Source: Candidatus Cloacimonadales bacterium
GTDB taxonomy: Bacteria; Cloacimonadota; Cloacimonadia; Cloacimonadales; JAFGVF01
Direction: 5' to 3'
Length of the DNA: 64,000 nt
NCBI GenBank assembly: GCA_963663475.2
Contig: CAXXJV010000001.1
Span: 1,056,001 to 1,120,000 of the forward strand
Part shown: positions 29,800-40,334 of the stretch, in pieces
Layout of the letters: every line of letters begins with the position of its first letter
Position numbering within the stretch: the stretch's first letter is position 1
Program-made: the position numbers and the translations under genes
Notes under the pieces: model-generated
Databases searched by the model: none
Told to the model about the DNA's origin: nothing
What the model saw: the letters and a program-made list of their open reading frames with translations, nothing else

Positions 29800-32607
29800 A
29801 TGAAATTTCCAAGAATTCAATGTCTAATTCTATGTCTATTTGCTATTTTAATTTTAACAAGTTGTAGCGATGACAATACGACAAAACCAAAACAAGTATC
29901 TCAACCAACATTTTCACATGAAGCAGGCACATACAATGAAATAATTGAACTTGAAATAGAAACTTCTACACCAGATGCTGAGATAAGATATACTATCGAT
30001 GGTAGTGATCCAACTGAAATTTCAAGTCTTTACTCTATACCATTAAGAATAAGAGAAACTACTCTTATTAAAGCTAAAGCATATAGGGATAATTACAGAC
30101 CAAGCTTAATATCACAAGTAAATTATGTGATTAATTTACCCTTTGCTCCTATCCCTACTTTTTCACCATCAGGTGGGACATACAATCAAGCACAGGAAGT
30201 CACAATAAATTGTGAACTAGAGGATGCTGAAATTAGGTATAGCATAGACGGAACTATACCGAGTCAAACTTCTTTTTTATATACCCATCCAATAATTATA
30301 AGTGAGAAAACTGTTTTAAAAGCAAGAGTTTTTAATGAAAACTATCAGGCTAGTCCTATTGTAGAAACTCTGTATGAATTTGAGACACTTTTCGTTGCTA
30401 ACCCGACTTTTAATCCTCCAGCAGGAACTTATATTGAAGCGCAGAATGTTTCTATTACTTGCCAAACCCAAGGAGCTGAGATAAGATATAGTCTTGATGG
30501 CTCTAATCCAACAGAAACTTCTTTACTTTATACAAATCCGATTAGTATCAGTGAGGATACTACTTTGAAAGCAAGAGCATTTAAAGAAAACTTCCAAGCT
30601 AGTCAGGTGGTAGAAGCTGTGTATGAGTTCGAGACACTTATGGTTGCTAATCCGACTTTTAATCCTCCAGCAGGAACTTATACTGAAGCGCAGAATGTTT
30701 CTATTACTTGCCAAACCCAAGGAGCTGAGATAAGATATAGTCTTGATGGCTCTAATCCAACAGAAACTTCTTTACTTTATACAAATCCAATTAGTATCAG
30801 TGAAGATACTACTTTGAAAGCAAGAGCATTTAAAGAAAACTATCAAGCTAGTCAGGTGGTAGAAGCTGTGTATGAGTTCGAGACACTTGTAGTTGCTAAT
30901 CCGACTTTTAATCCTCCAGCAGGAACTTATACTGAAGCGCAGAATGTTTCTATTACTTGCCAAACCCAAGGAGCTGAGATAAGATATAGTCTTGATGGCT
31001 CTAATCCAACAGAAACTTCTTTACTTTATATAAATCCAATTAGTATCAGTGAAGATACTACTTTGAAAGCAAGAGCATTTAAAGAAAACTATCAAGCTAG
31101 TCAGGTGGTAGAAGCTGTGTATGAGTTCGAGACACTTGTAGTTGCTAATCCGACTTTTAATCCTCCAGCAGGAACTTATACTGAAGCGCAGAATGTTTCT
31201 ATTACTTGTCAAACCCAAGGAGCTGAGATAAGATATAGTCTTGATGGCTCTAATCCAACAGAAACTTCTTTACTTTATACAAATCCGATTAGTATCAGTG
31301 AAGATACTACTTTGAAAGCAAGAGCATTTAAAGAAAACTTCCAAGCTAGTCAGGTGGTAGTAGCTGTGTATGAGTTCGAGACACTTGTAGTTGCTAATCC
31401 GACTTTTAATCCTCCTGCTGGATTATATACTGAAGCGCAGAATGTTTCTATTACTTGTCAAACCCAAGGAGCTGAGATAAGATATAGTCTTGATGGCTCT
31501 AATCCAACAGAAACTTCTTTACTTTATACAAATCCGATTAGTATCAGTGAAGATACTACTTTGAAAGCAAGAGCATTTAAAGAAAACTTCCAAGCTAGTC
31601 AGGTGGTAGAAGCTGTGTATGAGTTCGAGACACTTGTAGTTGCTAATCCGACTTTTAATCCTCCAGCAGGAACTTATACTGAAGCGCAGAATGTTTCCAT
31701 ACTATGCCAAACCCAAGGAGCTGAAATTAGATACAGTCTTGATGAGAGTGAACCTACAGAATCGTCATTATTATATACAGGACCAATAAATATAAGTGAA
31801 GATGCAACCTTAAAAGCAAGAGCTTATAAAGAGGGCTATCTCCCAAGTCAAGTTATGACTTCATATTATAATATTGATAATGGCCAAAGTGGTTTAATGA
31901 TTTATGTTCCTGGCGGAACATTTACCATGGGAAGAACAACAGGAACAGGTTCTACTGATGAATTACCAACACATGAGGTTACATTAAACTCTTTTTACAT
32001 TAGTAAGTTTGAAGTAACTCAAGCAGAATATGAAGCTATAATTGGATCAAATCCATCTAGTAATTATGGTATTGGAGATCACTATCCTGTAAATAATGTA
32101 AGCTGGTATTCTGCACTAACTTATTGTAATGAGTTAAGTATAGCTGAAGGACTAACTCCTTGTTATGATTTAGAAACATATACTTGTGATTTTACAGCTA
32201 ATGGCTATAGATTACCAACCGAGGCTGAGTGGGAATATGCAGCAAGAGGTGGAGCTAATGACAGTGGTTATATTTATTCTGGTTCGAATGACTTAAATAG
32301 CGTGGGTTGGAATATGGATAATTCAGGTAATACCAGTCATCCAGTGGGAGGAAAAGCTCCAAACATATTGGGCATATACGATATGACTGGAAATGTATGG
32401 GAAATCTGTTATGATAGATACGCCGCTTATGACTCAGAACCTCAAGTAAATCCTACAGGACCTAGTACAGGTAATACAAACGTCTATCGAGGAGGCAGTT
32501 GGTATAATGGTAGCTATCATTGCAGAATATTTAAGAGAAATAGTAGCTCATTATCTTTAGCATCTTTAAATGTAGGTTTTAGGTTAGTAAGAAGTAGTAT
32601 TGAATAA
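29800..32607 (+). CDS. Lipoprotein with eight CHB_HEX_C/Fn3-associated repeats and a C-terminal FGE-sulfatase (CLec-fold) domain
   Basis: Start moved to the ATG at 29800 (lipobox LTSC); repeats PTF.P..GTY...EIRYSLDGSNPT; C-terminal GGTFTMG, YRLPTEAEWEYAARGG, GIYDMTGNVWE, RGGSW, GFRLVR. Confidence 0.9.
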   Translation: MKFPRIQCLILCLFAILILTSCSDDNTTKPKQVSQPTFSHEAGTYNEIIELEIETSTPDAEIRYTIDGSDPTEISSLYSIPLRIRETTLIKAKAYRDNYRPSLISQVNYVINLPFAPIPTFSPSGGTYNQAQEVTINCELEDAEIRYSIDGTIPSQTSFLYTHPIIISEKTVLKARVFNENYQASPIVETLYEFETLFVANPTFNPPAGTYIEAQNVSITCQTQGAEIRYSLDGSNPTETSLLYTNPISISEDTTLKARAFKENFQASQVVEAVYEFETLMVANPTFNPPAGTYTEAQNVSITCQTQGAEIRYSLDGSNPTETSLLYTNPISISEDTTLKARAFKENYQASQVVEAVYEFETLVVANPTFNPPAGTYTEAQNVSITCQTQGAEIRYSLDGSNPTETSLLYINPISISEDTTLKARAFKENYQASQVVEAVYEFETLVVANPTFNPPAGTYTEAQNVSITCQTQGAEIRYSLDGSNPTETSLLYTNPISISEDTTLKARAFKENFQASQVVVAVYEFETLVVANPTFNPPAGLYTEAQNVSITCQTQGAEIRYSLDGSNPTETSLLYTNPISISEDTTLKARAFKENFQASQVVEAVYEFETLVVANPTFNPPAGTYTEAQNVSILCQTQGAEIRYSLDESEPTESSLLYTGPINISEDATLKARAYKEGYLPSQVMTSYYNIDNGQSGLMIYVPGGTFTMGRTTGTGSTDELPTHEVTLNSFYISKFEVTQAEYEAIIGSNPSSNYGIGDHYPVNNVSWYSALTYCNELSIAEGLTPCYDLETYTCDFTANGYRLPTEAEWEYAARGGANDSGYIYSGSNDLNSVGWNMDNSGNTSHPVGGKAPNILGIYDMTGNVWEICYDRYAAYDSEPQVNPTGPSTGNTNVYRGGSWYNGSYHCRIFKRNSSSLSLASLNVGFRLVRSSIE
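30394..31740 (+). repeat. Near-identical 249-bp (83-aa) intragenic tandem repeats
   Basis: Units start at 30394, 30643, 30892, 31141, 31390 and 31639 (the last one diverges); two older diverged units lie upstream. Confidence 0.95.
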
Positions 32608-32721
32608 AATTTAAATAAAATTCAGAAAATAAAAAAGGGATTCGATTAGCAAAATGTTTTAACTCCGAATCCCTTTCTAAACTTTAGTAATTGAATATTA
32701 CTTAACAAGATATCAAGTTGA

Positions 32722-32882
32722 ACCCAATAATGCATTAGACCTTTGCGAATAGCAGAATATTCTTCTGCAAAAGTAAGATCCATAATTTCTCCGAATATAT
32801 AAAATATATGCGTCAAAATTCTGTAAGCTATTTGCTAAAAGAATCTAGTACTCTTCATCAAAGTTCTACTGCACCATTCGAT
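32722..32882. mobile_element. ACCC-ended palindromic MITE-like repeat, copy 1
   Basis: Near-identical to 47787-47948 and 61287-61448; flanked by TGA/TGA. Confidence 0.75.
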
Positions 32883-32935
32883 TGAAAAAAACATATTGAC
32901 GAAAATTTTATCTTAAATAAGTCTGAATCCTATAT

Positions 32936-33712
32936 ATGAAAAATAGAATAATTGTTATAGATATTGGAAATACAAACCTAGTTATTGGTCTATATGATAA
33001 TGACTTACTACTTTCTTCTTGGCGGATTCATACAGATAAGAATCGCACGGAAGACGAGTATTTTGTTGTCATATCATCATTGCTTATATCGATTAAGGAG
33101 GATATAGGGAATATTGCTATAGCTGTTTTATCGTCAGTGGTTCCGCAGTTAAATAGAGTAATTCGCAAGATGTTTGAGAAGTTTTTTGACTGCAAGTTTG
33201 TGCAAGTTAATTCTGAAATGGAATTGAATTTAAAGTTTTTAGTAGCTGATTACAGTCATGTAGGAGCTGATTTATTAGTGAATGCATATTCATCGATAAA
33301 TAAGTATCAGACAAATACAATTGTCTGTGATTTAGGTACAGCAACCACAATTCAATTAACAGGCAAGGATGGCACTTTTTATGGTGCATCTATAATTCCA
33401 GGAGTTAAGAGTTCTTCTAATTTATTATTTGAGAAGGCTTCTCAGTTAGCAGATATTAAACTAGAAAGACCTAAAAATATCTTAGGTCAAACTACTAAAG
33501 ATGCCCTTCTTACTGGAATTATTAATGGACATGCCTTCATTTTAGATGGATTTATCCGCAAGATTAAAGAAGAATATAATCTGGGAGAATACAAAACTAT
33601 AGCCACGGGTGGTATTGCAAGATTGATTTGTAGCTGTTCACAAGAAGTTGAGATTATTGATGATTCATTAATCTTAGATGGCTTGAACCTTATCGGTAAA
33701 AATATTAAATAA
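32936..33712 (+). CDS. coaX: Type III pantothenate kinase
   Basis: IDIGNTN, SSVVP, GADLL, DLGTATT, IIPG and ATGG motifs. Confidence 0.93.
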   Translation: MKNRIIVIDIGNTNLVIGLYDNDLLLSSWRIHTDKNRTEDEYFVVISSLLISIKEDIGNIAIAVLSSVVPQLNRVIRKMFEKFFDCKFVQVNSEMELNLKFLVADYSHVGADLLVNAYSSINKYQTNTIVCDLGTATTIQLTGKDGTFYGASIIPGVKSSSNLLFEKASQLADIKLERPKNILGQTTKDALLTGIINGHAFILDGFIRKIKEEYNLGEYKTIATGGIARLICSCSQEVEIIDDSLILDGLNLIGKNIK

Positions 33713-33721
33713 TAATTAGGA

Positions 33722-36700
33722 TTGTTATTAATGATTAAATTATATAGAACAATAATCTTGTTCGTAATACTAGTGTCTTGTGTAAGTTTGTTTGGAATTG
33801 ATTATAAATTAGGTGATTTTAAAAACTTTTATGGTAACAAGATAGACTATTATGACTTGGGAGCTAAACAGTTTCAGGATAATATATTTTGGAGTGGGAG
33901 GTTTCCTACAACTGAAGAAGAAATTGATTTTACAAACAATAGAGTTGGGATTATTACCAAATTCAACTCTGTACAAGCCTATCCTAAGATTTATATAACA
34001 ATTGACCAATATTTCGATAACTTATTTGCTTATTCATTCGATAAGTTACTTTATGATAAGACAATCGAATTTTTCCAGCAAGAGGAAAGAGAAGAATCTG
34101 GAGGTTTAATACCAGATTTAGTCTTTGATTTACCTAAGTTTGCTAGGTCCAAGACTGTTAAGCGAATCTTCGGTGATAAAGCAGGAAGATTAAGCTTCTT
34201 TGGTAGTGAACGCCTAACAATTTCCGCTACTAGCACCAAAAATGATAACATTGCCCTCTCTGAAGGTTCTAATGCCTCAACTCTTACACCTAAGATGGAA
34301 CAGAAGTTAAATATGCAGTTAAAGGGTACAATAGGTGAAAAAATCCATGTTGACCTTAAATATAATTCAGATCAAGAAGAGACTTTCTTTGACCCTAATA
34401 ATATTAATATTTCTTATAAGGGCTTTGATGATGAAATTATTCAGTCTATTGAAGCTGGTGATATCTCACTTGATTTATCAGGTTCTTCTCAGTATGTTGG
34501 TTCTATTTCTTCTTCACAAGGACTTTTTGGTATCAGAACAGACTTAAAGGTTGGAGCTTTGGAAATCACAGCTATTATGAGTCAGGAAGAAGGAAAGAAA
34601 AATAAGATGACCTTTGAATCTAAGGCTCAAGCAGACTCTTCTGTAGTTAATTCAAAGGATTATACTAGAAGAGATAGGTATTATATAATCAATCCTTATG
34701 AGCTATACATGCTTTATCAAGATGGCGATGTGATAGCTGGTACTTCAACACCAGTTCCTCAAGGCTGGATAAATAATGCAATCAAGCTGGATAATAACGG
34801 TTCTCTCTTGCTCTTTGATGACCAAAAGTTACCTGCAGATGGTTCTCTCTTAGTTTATTTAGATGATATGAATGCTACTAATAATACTGCTACAATTCCT
34901 GGCTTTGAAGATGTTCAAGCTTCAAGTCCATTTACTCCTCAATTTGATTTATTGGAAGAGGGAGTTGATTACTTCTATGACTATGATTCTGGTATTTTAA
35001 CGTTAAATAAGACCATTAATAGAAACTATACACTTGGTGTTAGATATGTGCAGAGAAATGGACTATCAGTACCTAGGAATGACCAAACAAATGAAGAAGA
35101 AGTCCAAGTAAAATATATTAGGGTTAGCAACCAAGAATATGATCCAACTATTAATCCTAATCAACCTAATTTTGAAATGACGGATAATGATAACGACTCT
35201 CTTCCTGATAATAGATTCTATACTTGGCATTATCAAATGAGAAATGTTTATAGCCTTAATTCTCGCAATATCAATAATGAAGACTTTTCTTTAAGGGTCT
35301 TTACTAATGATACTGCTGATAATACTAATGATTATTTTGTACCTGAAGATGTCGATAATGCAGGTTTTTCTACCCTTAATGAATATCTGCGCTTAGACAC
35401 TAATGGAGATGGCAAAGTTGATGGTTCAGACTCTTCAGTTAATCTTACAAGCGGTTTGATTTTCTACCCATGGTTAGAACCATTTAAGCCTTTAGGGGAT
35501 AGTCTCCTCTATCAAAAAGAAAATGAGAATATTTCTTCAACAGAATATCGTTATAAGATGATTGTTAAAGGCAAAATTGGAACAGATGAAATTGCCTTAG
35601 GACAAACTAATATCTTAAGAGGTTCCGTTAAGGTTAGAGTTAATGGTAGTTTGCAAAATGAGAATATTGATTATTTAGTAGATTATGATTTTGGTAGAAT
35701 AACATTCTTGACTGCTGCTGGTAAGGATCCAAATGCTAAAATTGAAATCGATTATGAGTTTAAATCAGGATTTGGCTTAGATAAAAGACAGCTTTTTGGT
35801 ATCAGGGCTGATTATAAAGGTTTTGATAATTTCAATATCGGTGGTACTGTAATCTATAGATCTGAAACTGTTCAGGATAAGCGACCTAAGATAGGTGAAG
35901 AAAATATGGAGCTCTTTTTAGCTGATATTGACTCTTCTTTTGAAATCAAACCTAGATTCATGACTGATATTGTAGATTGGATTCCTCTCATCGAAACTGA
36001 TAGTGAATCATCCTTTAAACTTTCTGGAGAAATTGCCTTTTCTGCTCCTAATATTTATGGTAATCCTGATGGAAAGAAGAAAGAAGCTTATATTGATGAT
36101 ATGGAAGGTATTCTAGATCAATACCCTTTAGGAATTACAAGAAAGACATGGGTGCCAGCTTCTCAACCAGTTAATACTATTCTGTCAAAGGCTCAAACCT
36201 ATTGGTTTAATCCTGAAAACATTCAAAGAAAAGATGTCTATGACCCTGCGACTATGGATGAAGAAGAAGAAAAAGAAGATATAAGTATTCTCGCCCTCAA
36301 GATTGTTAAGCCTGAATTAAACCAACCAGATACATTTAATCGAAGCTGGGGCGGTATTATGAAGTATGTGGGTAATCAGGTTGATTTTTCTGAAAAGAAA
36401 TATATTGAAATTCTGGTAAAAGTTGATACTACTTATGGAAATGGTCCAGCTAATGTTAATTTAAGATTGGACTTAGGTGATATTAGTGAAGACTATTATA
36501 CACGTAATGGGGGAGAAGGCTTCCTTAACACTGAAGATGGTATTGCTGATGGGATTATTGATGGTATCTTAGATGTAAGAACTGAAGATTTGGGTCTTGA
36601 TGGTATTAAAAATGGTATGCCTGGAGATGACCCATATGATAACTTCAGTGATAATAAAAATAGTGATGGTGATTATTTAGAAATCAATGGTACTGAAGAT

Positions 36701-39700
36701 AACAATGTCCTGGATACTGAAGACCTTAATGGCAATGGTAACTTAGATGTTCTTAATCGCTATCTAGAATATTCTTTACCAATTTCTGCTGATAATAACG
36801 AATTCCTTCAATCTGAATATCGGGGTTGGAAATTATACAGAATTCCAATAAATAATCTTAATAATTATAGCAGTATAACTAATAATCCAGCAATTATGCC
36901 ATCTTTGAGTAAGATATCTTATGCTAGACTTTGGTTTGAAGTAGATAAAACAGTTCGTATTAAAGTTGCTGAACTCAGTATTGTGGGAAATAAATGGGAA
37001 GAGAGACCTATCTTACAGGTAAATGAAATTGACTCTGTTTTTGTGGAATCTTCTGTAAATCCAGATATTTTAGATGCTAATAACACCTCAATTCTAGCTG
37101 GGATTACAGATAATCAAAAAGATAATCACTATACTCCACCTCAAGGAACTTTTGAGAAGACTGACGGTGTAGAGTCTTTTGAACAATCTCTAACTTTCTC
37201 TGTTACTAACTTACAGGAAAATCAGATAGGTATGCTAAGAAAGAAATCAACACAATCTACTAACTACCTATTATATAATAAATTGCGTTTCTGGGTTTAT
37301 CCTGAGCTTCCTCAAGGAAATCTAAATGTAAATGATTCCTTAAATGTGATAATTCGAGTAGGTTCTGATTCGACTCGTTATTATGAAGTTAAAGAAAAGA
37401 TAGCACCCATCATCTATGAAACAAAGATGAATCGAAATAACTGGGTGCAAGTGGAAATTGATTTTAATGATTTAACAGAACTGAAAAATATCGGACTATT
37501 GACTAATAATGATGCTGACCAGTATTATGTTAAAGGAAACAGAACCTATCGGATGAAGGGGGATGTAACGCTTTCTAATATCAAGGAAATTAACCTTGGT
37601 ATTGAACCATTACCAGGTTCTACTTACTCTGGAAGAGTTTACTTTAATGATATTAGAGTTGCAGATCCTTACGAAGATACTGGCTATAAGGCTAGAGTTT
37701 CTATGAATACTTCCTTTGCTGACTTTTATACTACTTCTCTTGATATTGTTAAATCTTCAGATAACTTTATTAACCAACCTTCCCGTAATACTTCTTCTGT
37801 TACTTCTAGCCAAGAAACAACCTCACTTAACTTCAAAAATAACCTAAGATTAAATAAATTCTTTAGTGATGACTGGAAAATAAATATGCCTCTTACTTTC
37901 AACTATTCAAATACTGAAAGTATTCCTCGCTATAAACAAAATTCAGATATACTCAGAGATAATCTTGACCCTATCGAAAAGGAAAGAGAAAAAAGTAATA
38001 CTGAAAAGTATGATGCTTCCTGGAATTATAGTAAATCAAAGACTAATAATCCTTGGGCAGACTATACTCTTGGATCTATATCTCTATCAGCAAATGCTTC
38101 TTTAACAGATCAGATTACACCAACTAGTGCTGATACCACTTATACCTGGAAGGGGACTGTGTCTTATAATTTAAACCTAGGAAATTTACCACGCGGTTTT
38201 AAGATTTGGAATGATTTGAAACTTAATCTATTCCCTTCTTCTATTGATAATACTTTCACTATGGATGCAAAAAATCCACAGAAATATGTACTCACTAGAA
38301 CTGATACTCTTGTTTATTGGCGAGATGATACATCATCATCAAATATTAATTCTAAAATTGCTACTACTGCTAATACTGTTACATTCCCTATTCTTACAGG
38401 GAAAAATAAAACTTACCTGAATACTACCTATAAACTGACAACTACTCGTGATTTGAAATATGAGAAAAGAATTAATGATATTAATATTGGTGAAGAAACA
38501 AAATATAATCAGATAATGACTTATAGCTTCACTCCAGACCTCTTTACTGATTATTGGAATTTCTCTTCTAATGGTGAGGTTAGATTTAATGAAAAAAGAA
38601 CTCAGAAATCTAATGTAGCTGCTGTAATTGAAGAAGAAGGTATCCAATTTAAACATGATGGTGATGTTGATAGATCATTAAACTTCAATATGACTTTAAG
38701 AAATTCAGATTTACTTTCTTCACTAGCAAACTCTCTGCAAGCTAAAAGAACTGCTAGAGAAAATAACCAGTCTGCCTCTGAACAAGAAAGCTCACCAGAT
38801 CTTGATAAAGGTATTTCAACCCAAGAAGATAAAGACAAAATAGATAATGATAATGAAGAGAAAGACCAAGACCAAGAAAGTGAAAAAATAGAGGAAAAAG
38901 CAAAGCTTGCAGAAAAAGAAAATCAAGAAGCTGAAATTAAAGATGAAATGTCTGTCAAAGATAAAAAAAGATTAAGAGATTTGCAGAATGAAGAAAGAAA
39001 AATTATGCAGACATTAAATGAAAAGTTAAGCCCAGAAGTTAGAAAAGAAATGGAAGGTAATATCGAACGAATTAGAAAGGAAATAGCAGAACTCTCTAAT
39101 GAAATATATCGTCCTAAAGATCAAACAAACCCTAAAGATAAAGACTATGCTGAGACAGGTCCTGATGGTGACCAAACAGCTGAAAGCCAAACTGGTAAAA
39201 GCTTTAGGTTTGGTCTGACCGATATCGTAACTTTCTTAAGTAAAATAGAAAACTTAGACATTTCTTACTCTAATGATTATTCCATGAACTATGATAACCT
39301 AGAAGAAAGACCATCTTATAACTTCCAATTATCTATCCCTTATTCCCTAGATAATGAGTTTATTAATGTCAAAGAAAATAATAATACTATTGACCTCTCT
39401 TCAGGCCTTTCTTTAAACAGATTTGACACCCAATTCGGTTACTCGCTAAATGATAGGAAAAGATGGTCAAATACTACAACCCAAACTATTACAACTGTCT
39501 TTCCTGATATCTCAGTTAACATTAATGATATTCAGAGATATATAAGATTACAAGACTACTTGACTAGCTCTTCTGTAGGAACTAACTTCTCTTATCAAGT
39601 TAAAGAAGAAGGTGAAATAGGCTTTACTGAACCTAATTCTCAAACTCTTACTACTTCTTTCTCACCCCTCTTGAGCTGGCGAGGAAATTGGATAAATAAT

Positions 39701-40117
39701 GTTCAAACTAGTATCTCTTATAATTGGTCACAGACTGAAACTACAACCAATAAAGTCTCCTTTGATTATGTAACAAACGTTAATAATCAAAGCTTAAATG
39801 GTAATATTAACTGGGCATTTAGAGCTGTTGATGGTTTTAAATTACCATTCATCTCTAAAACAATTGTTATTAAAAATGATATGACTCTAAAAACAGACTT
39901 TAGCTGGGATAAGAGCTATTCTACTGAAAAAGGTAATGCTCAAGAAATTGTTACTAAACACCTTGTGAATTATTCTATTGTGCCTGGTGCTGCCTATAAC
40001 TTCCATAGAAATATTAAAGGTGGTACTGATTTTTCTTATAAACTTACTCAAGATAAGAAAAGTAATAGAGATATTCAGATCACTTCCTTTGCTATATGGA
40101 TTGAGATTACTTTCTAA
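33722..40117 (+). CDS. sprA: SprA/Sov-like T9SS outer-membrane translocon
   Basis: 2131 aa; GTIGEKIHVDLKYNS, DDEIIQSIEAGDISL, GLFGIRT, DYLVDYDFGRITF, KRPKIGEE, AYIDDMEG, WGGIM, DLGDISED; terminal Phe typical of beta-barrels. Confidence 0.85.
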   Translation: MLLMIKLYRTIILFVILVSCVSLFGIDYKLGDFKNFYGNKIDYYDLGAKQFQDNIFWSGRFPTTEEEIDFTNNRVGIITKFNSVQAYPKIYITIDQYFDNLFAYSFDKLLYDKTIEFFQQEEREESGGLIPDLVFDLPKFARSKTVKRIFGDKAGRLSFFGSERLTISATSTKNDNIALSEGSNASTLTPKMEQKLNMQLKGTIGEKIHVDLKYNSDQEETFFDPNNINISYKGFDDEIIQSIEAGDISLDLSGSSQYVGSISSSQGLFGIRTDLKVGALEITAIMSQEEGKKNKMTFESKAQADSSVVNSKDYTRRDRYYIINPYELYMLYQDGDVIAGTSTPVPQGWINNAIKLDNNGSLLLFDDQKLPADGSLLVYLDDMNATNNTATIPGFEDVQASSPFTPQFDLLEEGVDYFYDYDSGILTLNKTINRNYTLGVRYVQRNGLSVPRNDQTNEEEVQVKYIRVSNQEYDPTINPNQPNFEMTDNDNDSLPDNRFYTWHYQMRNVYSLNSRNINNEDFSLRVFTNDTADNTNDYFVPEDVDNAGFSTLNEYLRLDTNGDGKVDGSDSSVNLTSGLIFYPWLEPFKPLGDSLLYQKENENISSTEYRYKMIVKGKIGTDEIALGQTNILRGSVKVRVNGSLQNENIDYLVDYDFGRITFLTAAGKDPNAKIEIDYEFKSGFGLDKRQLFGIRADYKGFDNFNIGGTVIYRSETVQDKRPKIGEENMELFLADIDSSFEIKPRFMTDIVDWIPLIETDSESSFKLSGEIAFSAPNIYGNPDGKKKEAYIDDMEGILDQYPLGITRKTWVPASQPVNTILSKAQTYWFNPENIQRKDVYDPATMDEEEEKEDISILALKIVKPELNQPDTFNRSWGGIMKYVGNQVDFSEKKYIEILVKVDTTYGNGPANVNLRLDLGDISEDYYTRNGGEGFLNTEDGIADGIIDGILDVRTEDLGLDGIKNGMPGDDPYDNFSDNKNSDGDYLEINGTEDNNVLDTEDLNGNGNLDVLNRYLEYSLPISADNNEFLQSEYRGWKLYRIPINNLNNYSSITNNPAIMPSLSKISYARLWFEVDKTVRIKVAELSIVGNKWEERPILQVNEIDSVFVESSVNPDILDANNTSILAGITDNQKDNHYTPPQGTFEKTDGVESFEQSLTFSVTNLQENQIGMLRKKSTQSTNYLLYNKLRFWVYPELPQGNLNVNDSLNVIIRVGSDSTRYYEVKEKIAPIIYETKMNRNNWVQVEIDFNDLTELKNIGLLTNNDADQYYVKGNRTYRMKGDVTLSNIKEINLGIEPLPGSTYSGRVYFNDIRVADPYEDTGYKARVSMNTSFADFYTTSLDIVKSSDNFINQPSRNTSSVTSSQETTSLNFKNNLRLNKFFSDDWKINMPLTFNYSNTESIPRYKQNSDILRDNLDPIEKEREKSNTEKYDASWNYSKSKTNNPWADYTLGSISLSANASLTDQITPTSADTTYTWKGTVSYNLNLGNLPRGFKIWNDLKLNLFPSSIDNTFTMDAKNPQKYVLTRTDTLVYWRDDTSSSNINSKIATTANTVTFPILTGKNKTYLNTTYKLTTTRDLKYEKRINDINIGEETKYNQIMTYSFTPDLFTDYWNFSSNGEVRFNEKRTQKSNVAAVIEEEGIQFKHDGDVDRSLNFNMTLRNSDLLSSLANSLQAKRTARENNQSASEQESSPDLDKGISTQEDKDKIDNDNEEKDQDQESEKIEEKAKLAEKENQEAEIKDEMSVKDKKRLRDLQNEERKIMQTLNEKLSPEVRKEMEGNIERIRKEIAELSNEIYRPKDQTNPKDKDYAETGPDGDQTAESQTGKSFRFGLTDIVTFLSKIENLDISYSNDYSMNYDNLEERPSYNFQLSIPYSLDNEFINVKENNNTIDLSSGLSLNRFDTQFGYSLNDRKRWSNTTTQTITTVFPDISVNINDIQRYIRLQDYLTSSSVGTNFSYQVKEEGEIGFTEPNSQTLTTSFSPLLSWRGNWINNVQTSISYNWSQTETTTNKVSFDYVTNVNNQSLNGNINWAFRAVDGFKLPFISKTIVIKNDMTLKTDFSWDKSYSTEKGNAQEIVTKHLVNYSIVPGAAYNFHRNIKGGTDFSYKLTQDKKSNRDIQITSFAIWIEITF

Positions 40118-40140
40118 ATTACTGAAATTCTAATCTTTAA

Positions 40141-40193
40141 ACCCAAATGGTGAAGTAGCACTCTTCATCAAAGGTTTAATGTATTATTTGGGT
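40141..40193. mobile_element. Internally deleted copy of the ACCC-ended repeat
   Basis: ACCCAAAT...GCACTCTTCATCAAAG...ATTATTTGGGT flanked by TTAA on both sides. Confidence 0.6.
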
Positions 40194-40334
40194 TTAAAGC
40201 CTAAATTACATAAATTTATGAATTTTAAATAGGTAAATAACAGTCTATTATTGCTTTTAAAAAAAAGGGGTTGACACTAAATCTAAGGATTAAAATAAAT
40301 GGCTTTATAATAAAATAAAACTTAGGAGGAGATA

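Noticed and set aside
30394..31740. Regular repeats as a possible CRISPR array, and the three antisense 65-aa ORFs
   Set aside because: These are 249-bp in-frame coding repeats without unique spacers; the antisense ORFs are shadows of the repeat.
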